A stretch of 64,000 nt of DNA from NCBI GenBank assembly GCA_013387205.1, contig WARV01000001.1, positions 86-64,085 of the forward strand, in the 5' to 3' direction. Below are positions 37,124 through 45,415 of the stretch, one piece after another (the stretch's first letter is position 1; each line of letters opens with the position of its first letter). This DNA is from Patescibacteria group bacterium (lineage in GTDB: Bacteria; Patescibacteriota; Doudnabacteria; UBA920). The translations under genes and the position numbers were made by a program. The notes below the pieces were generated by a model. That model had not been told where the DNA came from. It searched no databases and worked only from the letters and a program-made list of their open reading frames with translations.

Positions 37124-37164
37124 TTTATTTAAAACGATCTTTTAATTTTTATTTCAAAAAAATA

Positions 37165-38460
37165 TTATTGTAGGAAATCTAAAGGATTATAAGTGTAGCC
37201 ATACGGGATCTTGTAAGGCCCGTAAATTCTGCCGTAGGCACCGTCGGATACCCCGAAGCCTTCTGCGTCGTAAACGCCAAAATGGATGTGGTAGCCTCTC
37301 TCCGGACCGTAAAGCTTTTTGGTTGTATTGCCGGTATTGCCTTCGTAACCGATCAAATCTCCTTGCTGCACTTTTTGCCCTGGTTTTACAATAAAGCTCC
37401 TGAAATGAGCGTATAATGTAATAATTTCTCTTGTACCGGTTTTTGTCGAAATGGAATGCTTAATTGCCACCCAGTTGCCGTAAGAAGCATCGGACCTGTC
37501 AGTATACAAAACCGTGCCGTCAGCTGCCGCATAAATCGGCTGGGCAGCCGGAGCCGCCACGTCAATACCGTTGTGGAAGTTGTATCCTAAGGCGGTAAAG
37601 CCCGTATTGCCGTATTTTTGCGTCAAAACGCCATCCATAGGCCAGGCAATAACGCCTTTTGACGGATTAATAGACCTGTTGCCGAGCTTGGTTCTGATTT
37701 TGCTATCCAAGTCTTCTATCTCTTTTTGCAAATTTTGTTCTTCTGTTTTACTGACAGATAGAAGTTTTTGGTAATTGCTTTCCAAACCGCGTGTCTGGTT
37801 TAAAAGCGTTTGCTTTTGGCCGCGCTGCTGGTTTAAGGAATCTTGGGTGATTTGCAGCTGGTTTTTCAGCTCCATCATTTTATCCATGTTAACCTGTAAT
37901 TCGTGCTGCTGCTGTTCCATCTTGGCTTTTAAATCTTTGATCTTTTGGGTCAGTTGGAAAATTTTATCCTGATAGCTTTGCGTGTATTGGACCTGGTCCA
38001 AAAATTGCGATAGGTTTTCGCTGCCAACTGTCGTCCTTAAAGCGTATTCGCCGTCAAATTCGTTTAATTCCTTAATCAGCTGGGCTAGGATTTTTTTATT
38101 TTCCTGAATGTCCGCAGCTTTTTGCTCAATCATTTTTTGCAGCTCGCTGATTTGCAACTTGGTATCTTCAATCTGGGTTTCTTTGGCTTGGATTTGCAGC
38201 TCAGTTGCGGCTATTTGATTATCGTAAATGGCTATTTCATTTTTTAAAGTGTTCGATTTTTTCCTGGTTTCGTCAATCTGCTGGGTGTATTGTTTAATCT
38301 GCTTGTTCAAACTGTCCAATTTCTTTTGCGTTTCGGATTTTTGTGCGTTAAGCTGGTCAACTGTGGAATCTGCCAGGGCATTATAAAAACCCAAGCTGCC
38401 AATTAAAAGTACAGCCAATAAACTCAAGGCTTTTGTTTTTATTTCTTTTCGGTATTTCAT
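37165..38460 (-). CDS. Coiled-coil M23 peptidase (EnvC/CwlO-like)
   Basis: Signal peptide, long coiled coil, HNGIDV, YAH, HIHF. Confidence 0.9.
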   Translation of the reverse strand: MKYRKEIKTKALSLLAVLLIGSLGFYNALADSTVDQLNAQKSETQKKLDSLNKQIKQYTQQIDETRKKSNTLKNEIAIYDNQIAATELQIQAKETQIEDTKLQISELQKMIEQKAADIQENKKILAQLIKELNEFDGEYALRTTVGSENLSQFLDQVQYTQSYQDKIFQLTQKIKDLKAKMEQQQHELQVNMDKMMELKNQLQITQDSLNQQRGQKQTLLNQTRGLESNYQKLLSVSKTEEQNLQKEIEDLDSKIRTKLGNRSINPSKGVIAWPMDGVLTQKYGNTGFTALGYNFHNGIDVAAPAAQPIYAAADGTVLYTDRSDASYGNWVAIKHSISTKTGTREIITLYAHFRSFIVKPGQKVQQGDLIGYEGNTGNTTKKLYGPERGYHIHFGVYDAEGFGVSDGAYGRIYGPYKIPYGYTYNPLDFLQ

Positions 38461-38535
38461 TGCTATTATTATACCACAAATTGCTGTTTTTTCGTAGATA
38501 ATGCGCAAAATCAAAATAGTATGCGAATTATGCGA

Positions 38536-38563
38536 AAAACCCCGCCTCTTAAAGAGGCGGGGT
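38536..38563. repeat. Repeated hairpin/terminator (copy 1)
   Basis: AAAAACCCCGCCTCTTAAAGAGGCGGGGT; near-identical copy at ~63491. Confidence 0.7.
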
Positions 38564-38573
38564 AAAATATTTA

Positions 38574-40088
38574 TTATAATTTATCCATCCCTGTCTGTAG
38601 CCGCTTTATCACTTCGTCTTTACCGTATCCCAAAGCCAGGACGGCTGCCACGTCAAACGGGGGCGGGCTGGCCTGCATGCCGGTTAGAGCCGCGCGCATT
38701 GGCCAAAGAACCGATCCGTTATCAAAATTATTATTTGCAATGAAATCTTTAATTTCTTTTTCCAATTCAGCTTTTATAAATTTATTTTCAGAAAAGCCTG
38801 ACAATAAGTCTGTAAGCATTGATAATTTATTTTTAGCATCTGTTGCATCAGCTTTTTTCCAAACCAGCAGGGAAGCGTCGTATTCCGGAAGTGCAAAAAA
38901 ATATTTCGTCCTCTCCCCTATCTCAGAAAGTTTTTTTAGCCTCTCTTTTTCCAGGACAGTAATCGCTTCCAAAAACCCGCGTTTAAATTTTTGCGTGTCA
39001 ACTCCACTCTTTTGCCAGTATGGAATGAGTAAATCCGTAAGCTCCCTATCCGTTCTGCTGCGGATATACAAGCCGTTCATCCAATCCAGTTTGTTAGTAT
39101 CGAAAATCGCGGCGGCTTTGTTGATTTTTGCCAAATCGAACTGGGAAATTAAATCCTGCATGGAGAAAATTTCCTGCTCAGTCTTTGGGTTCCATCCCAA
39201 AAACGCGACAAAGTTAACGAGTGCTTCCTTCAGGTAGCCTTTATTCAAAAAGTCTTCCACCGCCACGTCGCCCTGGCGCTTGGATAATTTAGTTTTGTCA
39301 GGATTAACAATAAGCGGGATGTGCGCCATTAGCGGAATTTGCCAGTTGAATGCCTGGTAAAGCAAAACATGCTTTGGCGTAGACGGCATCCATTCCTCGC
39401 CGCGGATTATGTGGGAGATTTGCATGAAGTGGTCGTCGATCACTACTGCCAAATGGTAGGTCGGAAAACCGTCGGACTTCAACAGAACATGGTCGTCCAA
39501 TATTTTGTTTTCGTAGGTAATGTCGCCGTAAATTAAATCGTGGATGACTGTTTGCCCTTCCAGTGGTATAGCGAATCGAACAACAGGGTTTCGTCCTTGC
39601 TCGCGGATTTTCGCCATTTCTTCTTCAATTTGCTCTTTGGTCAAATTGCGGCATTTTCTGTCATACATCGGCGGTTTTTTAAGCGCTACCTGCTCTTTGC
39701 GCACTTCTTCGAGCCGCTCTTCGCTACAAAAACAATAGTAGGCATGGCCTTTGCTGATAAGCTCTAACGCATGCTTCTGGTAGAGAGGCAAGCGCTGCGA
39801 TTGCAGGTATGGGGCAAGCTCCCCTCTTTCTTTAACCTGATTGTTTTCGTCTAAATAAAATCCTTCATCGAATTCAATCCCGAGCTGCTTCATAACCTTC
39901 AAAAGATTGTCTACCGCGCCTTCCACGAGCCTTGTCCTGTCCGTATCCTCAATGCGCAAAACCAGCTTGCCGTTATTTTTCCTGGCAAACAAAAATTCAA
40001 ACAGCGCTGTCCGCAAAGATCCAATGTGGACATACCCTGTCGGGCTCGGCGCAAAACGCACGCGGATTTGTGAGGTCGTATCAGTCAT
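38574..40088 (-). CDS. gltX: Glutamate--tRNA ligase
   Basis: RFAPSPTGYVHIG (HIGH), LRIEDTD, KLSKR. Confidence 0.97.
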   Translation of the reverse strand: MTDTTSQIRVRFAPSPTGYVHIGSLRTALFEFLFARKNNGKLVLRIEDTDRTRLVEGAVDNLLKVMKQLGIEFDEGFYLDENNQVKERGELAPYLQSQRLPLYQKHALELISKGHAYYCFCSEERLEEVRKEQVALKKPPMYDRKCRNLTKEQIEEEMAKIREQGRNPVVRFAIPLEGQTVIHDLIYGDITYENKILDDHVLLKSDGFPTYHLAVVIDDHFMQISHIIRGEEWMPSTPKHVLLYQAFNWQIPLMAHIPLIVNPDKTKLSKRQGDVAVEDFLNKGYLKEALVNFVAFLGWNPKTEQEIFSMQDLISQFDLAKINKAAAIFDTNKLDWMNGLYIRSRTDRELTDLLIPYWQKSGVDTQKFKRGFLEAITVLEKERLKKLSEIGERTKYFFALPEYDASLLVWKKADATDAKNKLSMLTDLLSGFSENKFIKAELEKEIKDFIANNNFDNGSVLWPMRAALTGMQASPPPFDVAAVLALGYGKDEVIKRLQTGMDKL

Positions 40089-40120
40089 AAATTTGGGGTT
40101 AACTTTATAATTTTACCATT

Positions 40121-41473
40121 TCATGCGGTTTTTATCAATTCGGGCATCTGGGACAAATCGCTTAAAACCAATTTAATAAGTTCAGATTTTTGTTCGGTTA
40201 TGCTCTCTTTTAAATTCTGCCAGGGAACCCATTTGTATTCCACAAACTCATCCCAATCCAAGACGACTTCTTTTTCCTGCCCGAAAAATTTAAAATATGC
40301 AATTTTTTGTTCTTGGCCTTTGTAGTGATATCTCTTCCCAATGAACAGCGGCCTTTTGCCCATATCCTTCCAAAGGTACGCATGGGAATGGTTGGATATT
40401 TTAATCAAGTTGACGCTTCTCATTGCCGTTTCTTCCCAAAGCTCACGCTTTGCTCCTTCTGCAACATCTTCCCCAGGCTCAATCCCGCCCTGCGGCAACT
40501 GCCAATAATTTTCAAAATAATTTTTTGGATAGCCTAAAACATTAATCACTCCTTTTTCAGGATTGAACTTGCCAATAAAAATTTCGTTTTTGTCGTTCAG
40601 TACAACACTTACTACATTGGGCCTATAGGGCAGGCTTAAAAATACTTTGGTTTTGATTAATGCCCAAATTAGGCCAAAGGTGGCATTAAAGATGCGTTTA
40701 ATTCTGTAAGGCTGGGTAAATAGCCTAAATAGCCATTCTAGGCCCATTTTACGCATAAATTTGGGCGGATTTAGGCGTTTTCCTGCCAGATAATCAAAGG
40801 TACCGCCTAGGCCGATAATCATTTTTACAGGCAAATTTTCAAGGTTGGCCGCTATCCAGCGCTCCTGCTTAATTGGCCCGTATGCGACAAATAACAGGTC
40901 GGGTCGGGCTTTTTTTATGTCCTCGATTATACTGGGATCGTCTGGATTTTTGCCTGAAAAAAACAAGGACTGATTTTGACGGCCGTTTAAATTGGTCATA
41001 TGCGAAGAGAGTTTGTTTGCGGCCAGTTTTGCCGTATCGCCAAAACCTCCAAGCAAATAAATTGACCAGTTATTTTTGGCAGCCATCTTTGCCAAATCCA
41101 AAACCAGAGACGAGCCGGGAATGGTTTCTTTGATTTCAGATTTCACCCAGGAAGGCTTGAACAAAATTGCAGCCACACTGTATTTGGCTTGCCAGATCGC
41201 CTGGATAATTTTTGTGTAATATTTTTTCGCGGTAAGCGGGATAGTCACGTACTTGGCAGCCCAGATAATTCCCATGCCATCAGCAACCGCTATGTCTGCT
41301 TTGTTGAGCATGTCCAAAATTTTGCGGTCATTTAAAGCCGCCAGCAGAAATTCGGAATATAAAGTTGTCATCCAGGTTTTTTGGTTTTGCCTGATGCGAT
41401 TTTCTAAATTTTCAAGCAGTTCATTTTTACTAAGCTCGTCTACCTTTAACCCGGCAATATCTATCTTATTCAT
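40121..41473 (-). CDS. WecB/TagA/CpsF glycosyltransferase fused to RppH-like NUDIX domain
   Basis: ADGMGI, VAYGPIKQE, GLGGTFD, GLEWLFRL; YRPNV, WQLPQGGI, RELWEET. Confidence 0.88.
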   Translation of the reverse strand: MNKIDIAGLKVDELSKNELLENLENRIRQNQKTWMTTLYSEFLLAALNDRKILDMLNKADIAVADGMGIIWAAKYVTIPLTAKKYYTKIIQAIWQAKYSVAAILFKPSWVKSEIKETIPGSSLVLDLAKMAAKNNWSIYLLGGFGDTAKLAANKLSSHMTNLNGRQNQSLFFSGKNPDDPSIIEDIKKARPDLLFVAYGPIKQERWIAANLENLPVKMIIGLGGTFDYLAGKRLNPPKFMRKMGLEWLFRLFTQPYRIKRIFNATFGLIWALIKTKVFLSLPYRPNVVSVVLNDKNEIFIGKFNPEKGVINVLGYPKNYFENYWQLPQGGIEPGEDVAEGAKRELWEETAMRSVNLIKISNHSHAYLWKDMGKRPLFIGKRYHYKGQEQKIAYFKFFGQEKEVVLDWDEFVEYKWVPWQNLKESITEQKSELIKLVLSDLSQMPELIKTA

Positions 41474-41542
41474 ATATAATAGTATAACTGATTTTAACAT
41501 TTTTAGGTATCCAAAATTAAAAAAATAAGTTATAATGTACAC

Positions 41543-41833
41543 ATGGAAAGTATAGGAAAAATTGTTAAAATTAAGGGCAAATCGGAAAGGCAAAAGGTTA
41601 AAGTTAACCCTTACCTTCACTCCCCTGCCCACCTTTTGGCCGACGAGTTGTGCCTGAAATTTAATGATAAAAAGCACTTCGGGTTTTACTTGAAAATGGC
41701 CACTCTGTATGACCATAATTTTTTAAGGAATTTGGCCGGGCAAGTGTTGGAAGGCAAAAACGTCAAAACCCCGGGGAAGCTGTTCGCATATTTGATTAAG
41801 AAAAACAATCAGGAGAAGAAAATTTTTAATTGA
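41543..41833 (+). CDS. Hypothetical protein
   Basis: ORF track. Confidence 0.65.
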   Translation: MESIGKIVKIKGKSERQKVKVNPYLHSPAHLLADELCLKFNDKKHFGFYLKMATLYDHNFLRNLAGQVLEGKNVKTPGKLFAYLIKKNNQEKKIFN

Positions 41834-41987
41834 CCTAATTATTCTAAAGAGTTTTGTCAATATAAATCCTAATGGCTAATGTCAAATTTTTAGAAATTGT
41901 GGTTTGGGATTTGTTTAGAGCCTGTCCCGTGCCTGACACGGGGTCAATTAGAAATTAGAGTAATTAGAATAATTTGATCGCTAAACT

Positions 41988-42491
41988 ATGGTTTTACCTA
42001 TTGTAACCTATCCGAATAAGATTCTTAGACAGCCGACTGAGCCGGTGACTTTTCCATTGTCCAAGGAAATGAAAAAACTGACTTTGGATATGATCGATAC
42101 TGTCAGGAAAGCTGATGGTATTGGCTTGGCCGCTCCCCAGGTCGGCAAATCGGTAAAATTAATTGTCATAAATTTGGAAAAAGAAGGCGTGAATATTTTT
42201 CCGCTTTATAACCCTAAAATAAAATCCAAGTCATTAAAAAAGATTGAAGTTGAAGAGGGGTGCCTTTCTGTTCCCCATGTTTTTGGGATGGTAAAGCGGC
42301 CGAAAAAAGTGACTGTTCAGGCGCAAAATTTTAACGGCGAGATTGTTGAAATTACCGACGACGGCTGGATAGCCAGGATTGCCCAGCACGAGATAGACCA
42401 CATTAACGGCAAGCTGATTATCGATCTGGCAAAAAAATACACCCAGGGAGAAGAAATTGTTAAAGAGTGGAAGAAGAAAAAGTACATATAA
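41988..42491 (+). CDS. def: Peptide deformylase
   Basis: GIGLAAPQVG, EGCLS, QHEIDH. Confidence 0.97.
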   Translation: MVLPIVTYPNKILRQPTEPVTFPLSKEMKKLTLDMIDTVRKADGIGLAAPQVGKSVKLIVINLEKEGVNIFPLYNPKIKSKSLKKIEVEEGCLSVPHVFGMVKRPKKVTVQAQNFNGEIVEITDDGWIARIAQHEIDHINGKLIIDLAKKYTQGEEIVKEWKKKKYI

Positions 42492-42578
42492 TTCGAATTA
42501 CCCGAATCTTATCCAAATGACCCGAAAGGGAATTGTTTGGGGTATTCGGATGGTAATTCGGGGCATTAGGATTATAGA

Positions 42579-43115
42579 ATGAAGTTCATCAAAGACCTTT
42601 TATTTTTTGAAATAGAAACCACGGGGCACGATTCGGACAAAGACAATATTATCCAATTGTCTGCTGTACTGCTCGATAAAGACAATTTGCTGGAAAAAAA
42701 CAATTTTAACACATATGTCAGGGTCAGCTATTTGGACAGCGTGATTTTACAGCACTCTAAGCTGCTGCATACCGATTACGAAACGATAAAGAAAAGCCCG
42801 AAAGTTTATGACGCAATAAAAAAATTCAAGGACAAGTTCGGCAAAGATTTGCTGCTTGCCACCCACAGTGTGGGTAATATTTTGTTTTTGAAAAATGCGT
42901 TTAAAAAAGCTGTGGTTCCTTTTGAATACGACATGCACGTGATTGATTTGTGGACTTTGGGTTATATTTATACTTTGAACTACGGGCTGAAAAAGATGCC
43001 GACTTTCAACACTTTTGTAGATTATTTTAAGTTAAAACAAAAATATCCGCAGAATGCTATGGAGAAAGTCCGGCTCGAAGCGGAGATTTTTAGAAAGATA
43101 ATTAAAGAAGCATAA
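42579..43115 (+). CDS. DEDD exonuclease-like protein, degenerate active site
   Basis: EIETTG instead of DxETTG; HxAxxD motif replaced by QNAMEK. Confidence 0.75.
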   Translation: MKFIKDLLFFEIETTGHDSDKDNIIQLSAVLLDKDNLLEKNNFNTYVRVSYLDSVILQHSKLLHTDYETIKKSPKVYDAIKKFKDKFGKDLLLATHSVGNILFLKNAFKKAVVPFEYDMHVIDLWTLGYIYTLNYGLKKMPTFNTFVDYFKLKQKYPQNAMEKVRLEAEIFRKIIKEA

Positions 43116-43233
43116 AACCGCGGAACAAACGCGGATAGCGACGCAGATAACACGCGGAATGCGGTTATCAGCGAGAAATCCGCCACAAAGTGGCCCCTTT
43201 GGGGCGTAATAATCCGCGAGTAATCAGCGATGT

Positions 43234-43800
43234 ATGGATTTTAAAAAAGACCTTTTGGTTATAGACACGGAATTTTCCGGGTTCGACTTGAAAAAACACG
43301 ATTTGCTGCAGTTGGCAGCCGTGTTGCTCGACAGAAAAACTTTAAAGGAAAAAGCGCATTTTAACAGCTACATAAAACCAAAGCATTGGAGAACCAGGGA
43401 TAAGGCATCTATGGCCGTAAACAAGATTTCTTGGCAGCAGGTAAAGGATGCGCCTTCTTTGGAAAAAGTCATAAAGGAATTTGACCAGGCGTTTGATGCC
43501 GATAAGGTTATGCTTACTTCTTATGTCGGTTTTGCGGACAAGCGCTACCTGCTACATGCTTTCAGCGAGGCTGGGGTAAAATTTAAGTTCGATTACCATT
43601 ATTTCGACATCTGGTCTTTTTGCTACGCACATTTAGCCAGGCAAGGGAAACTTATAACCAAAAAAGATTTTGCCGGTTTTGGCATAGAAAGCATGCTAAA
43701 GATGTTTAAGATCAAGTCGACGGGAAAAATGCACGACGCATTAGCTGACTGCCGCATTGAAGCTGAGATATTAAGAAGAGTAATTAAAATTTATAACTAA
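43234..43800 (+). CDS. DEDDh 3'-5' exonuclease
   Basis: IDTEFSG, FAD, HDALAD. Confidence 0.85.
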   Translation: MDFKKDLLVIDTEFSGFDLKKHDLLQLAAVLLDRKTLKEKAHFNSYIKPKHWRTRDKASMAVNKISWQQVKDAPSLEKVIKEFDQAFDADKVMLTSYVGFADKRYLLHAFSEAGVKFKFDYHYFDIWSFCYAHLARQGKLITKKDFAGFGIESMLKMFKIKSTGKMHDALADCRIEAEILRRVIKIYN

Positions 43801-43913
43801 TCTACAAATTTAACGAATAAAACGAATGACAACTAATGCGTACTAAGAAAGAATTAGTTGTCATTAGTTATTATTAGTATGTATTCGTTGATTAGTTAAT
43901 TATATTCGTAATT

Positions 43914-44837
43914 ATGAAGATTGTTTTTTTTGGGACATCGAATTTCGCCTTACCTATTTTGGAAGCTTTGGTTTCAAAGCATGATGTTGCGGCGGTGGTG
44001 ACATCTCCTGACGCGCCGGTTGGACGCAAGCGGGAATTTTCGGAAAGCCCGGTTTCGGCACTTGCTACGGATTTGAAACTAAAAACATTAAAGCCGGCCA
44101 GCCTTAAAGGCAATGACCTATTTCGTTTAGAGCTCGCAGATTTGAAAGCCGACATGTTTGTTGTGGCTGCTTACGGCCGGATTATCCCAAAAGATATTAT
44201 CGAACTGCCGCCGCATAAAACTTTGAATGTCCACCCGTCTAAGCTTCCCAAATACAGAGGTGCTTCCCCTATCCAATACGCGCTCTTAAATGGCGATACT
44301 GAAACCGGCATCAGTATAATGCAGATAGATGAAGAAATGGACCATGGCCCAATTTTGACAATGGAAAAAGCTGCCATAGACAGTGATGATAATTTTATCA
44401 CGTTGTCTGACAGATTGGCGCGAGCTTCGGCCAAATTGCTTTTGGCGGTTTTAGATGAATACGCAAATGGCAGGCTTACCCTTAAGGAGCAGGACCATAA
44501 AAGCGCAAGTTTTACAAAAATTATTACCAAACAGGATGGAAAAGTCGATTGGAATAAAACCGGCCAGGAAATTTTCAACCAGTTCCGCGCCTTTTACCCT
44601 TGGCCGGGATTATGGACGACATGGAACGGCAAAAAGATAAAAATCACCGGCTGTTCGCTGTCGGATTTGAATTTTCCAGACCAGCAGCCCGGTACGGTAA
44701 ATGCTAACGGAGTTGTTGTTTGCGGCAAGGATACGGCTGTTGAAATTTCCAGGCTGCAGATGGAAGGAAAAAACGAGGCTGGAATTTTAGATTTTTTGAA
44801 CGGTTATCCGCAGATTATAGGCAGTAAGTTGGAATAA
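43914..44837 (+). CDS. fmt: Methionyl-tRNA formyltransferase
   Basis: FFGT, NVHPSKLPKYRGASPI, MDHGPI. Confidence 0.97.
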   Translation: MKIVFFGTSNFALPILEALVSKHDVAAVVTSPDAPVGRKREFSESPVSALATDLKLKTLKPASLKGNDLFRLELADLKADMFVVAAYGRIIPKDIIELPPHKTLNVHPSKLPKYRGASPIQYALLNGDTETGISIMQIDEEMDHGPILTMEKAAIDSDDNFITLSDRLARASAKLLLAVLDEYANGRLTLKEQDHKSASFTKIITKQDGKVDWNKTGQEIFNQFRAFYPWPGLWTTWNGKKIKITGCSLSDLNFPDQQPGTVNANGVVVCGKDTAVEISRLQMEGKNEAGILDFLNGYPQIIGSKLE

Positions 44838-44921
44838 TAAACGCTCAAAAAACAACCCTGGACAAACCTAGGGTTGTTTTGTTAAAATTATAAGCCAATA
44901 CGGAAAGAGGAGGAAGTTTAA

Positions 44922-45236
44922 ATGATTATAGAGTCTGTGATGCGTTTTGAGCAGTCTGGGAGAGTCGAGGTTTTTTTAGGGAAACCGGGTTGTGTGCGTT
45001 GGGTGCTTCTTGCTTATATCGAGAAACAATCTCGGGATAAGTATAAGTATAAATATGTAGAAATTACTGTCGTGGAATCGACCTTTGTTAAGGGGGATCG
45101 CCGGATCACTTTCAAACACGCAAGAGGCCGATCAATGGCCATTAAATGTTACAAAATCGTATCGATCCAAAAGGTGTCGGGTGCGTTGGTGACGATGAAA
45201 TTTCCACCTTTAGTTTCAGATGCAAAGCAAGACTAG
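44922..45236 (+). CDS. Hypothetical protein
   Basis: GAGGAGG RBS. Confidence 0.5.
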   Translation: MIIESVMRFEQSGRVEVFLGKPGCVRWVLLAYIEKQSRDKYKYKYVEITVVESTFVKGDRRITFKHARGRSMAIKCYKIVSIQKVSGALVTMKFPPLVSDAKQD

Positions 45237-45347
45237 CAAGCGCCGTATCCTACAACAATTTTGGGATACGGTGTGCTTTTTAACATCTAGCGAATACCTC
45301 AACCGTCGGTTGAGGTATTCATACGCCTATAAACATTGGTTAAATTT

Positions 45348-45387
45348 AATTCCCGGAAAACGAGCGATCGCTCGTTTTCCGGGAATT
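45348..45387. repeat. Perfect 40-bp palindrome
   Basis: AATTCCCGGAAAACGAGCGA|TCGCTCGTTTTCCGGGAATT. Confidence 0.85.
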
Positions 45388-45415
45388 GTGCTATCTGCTA
45401 ATCGCTATGAAAGGA

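Noticed and set aside
41474-41716. N-terminal extension of the TagA-NUDIX ORF
   Set aside because: Overlaps the opposite-strand gene; ATG at 41473 matches the TagA domain start
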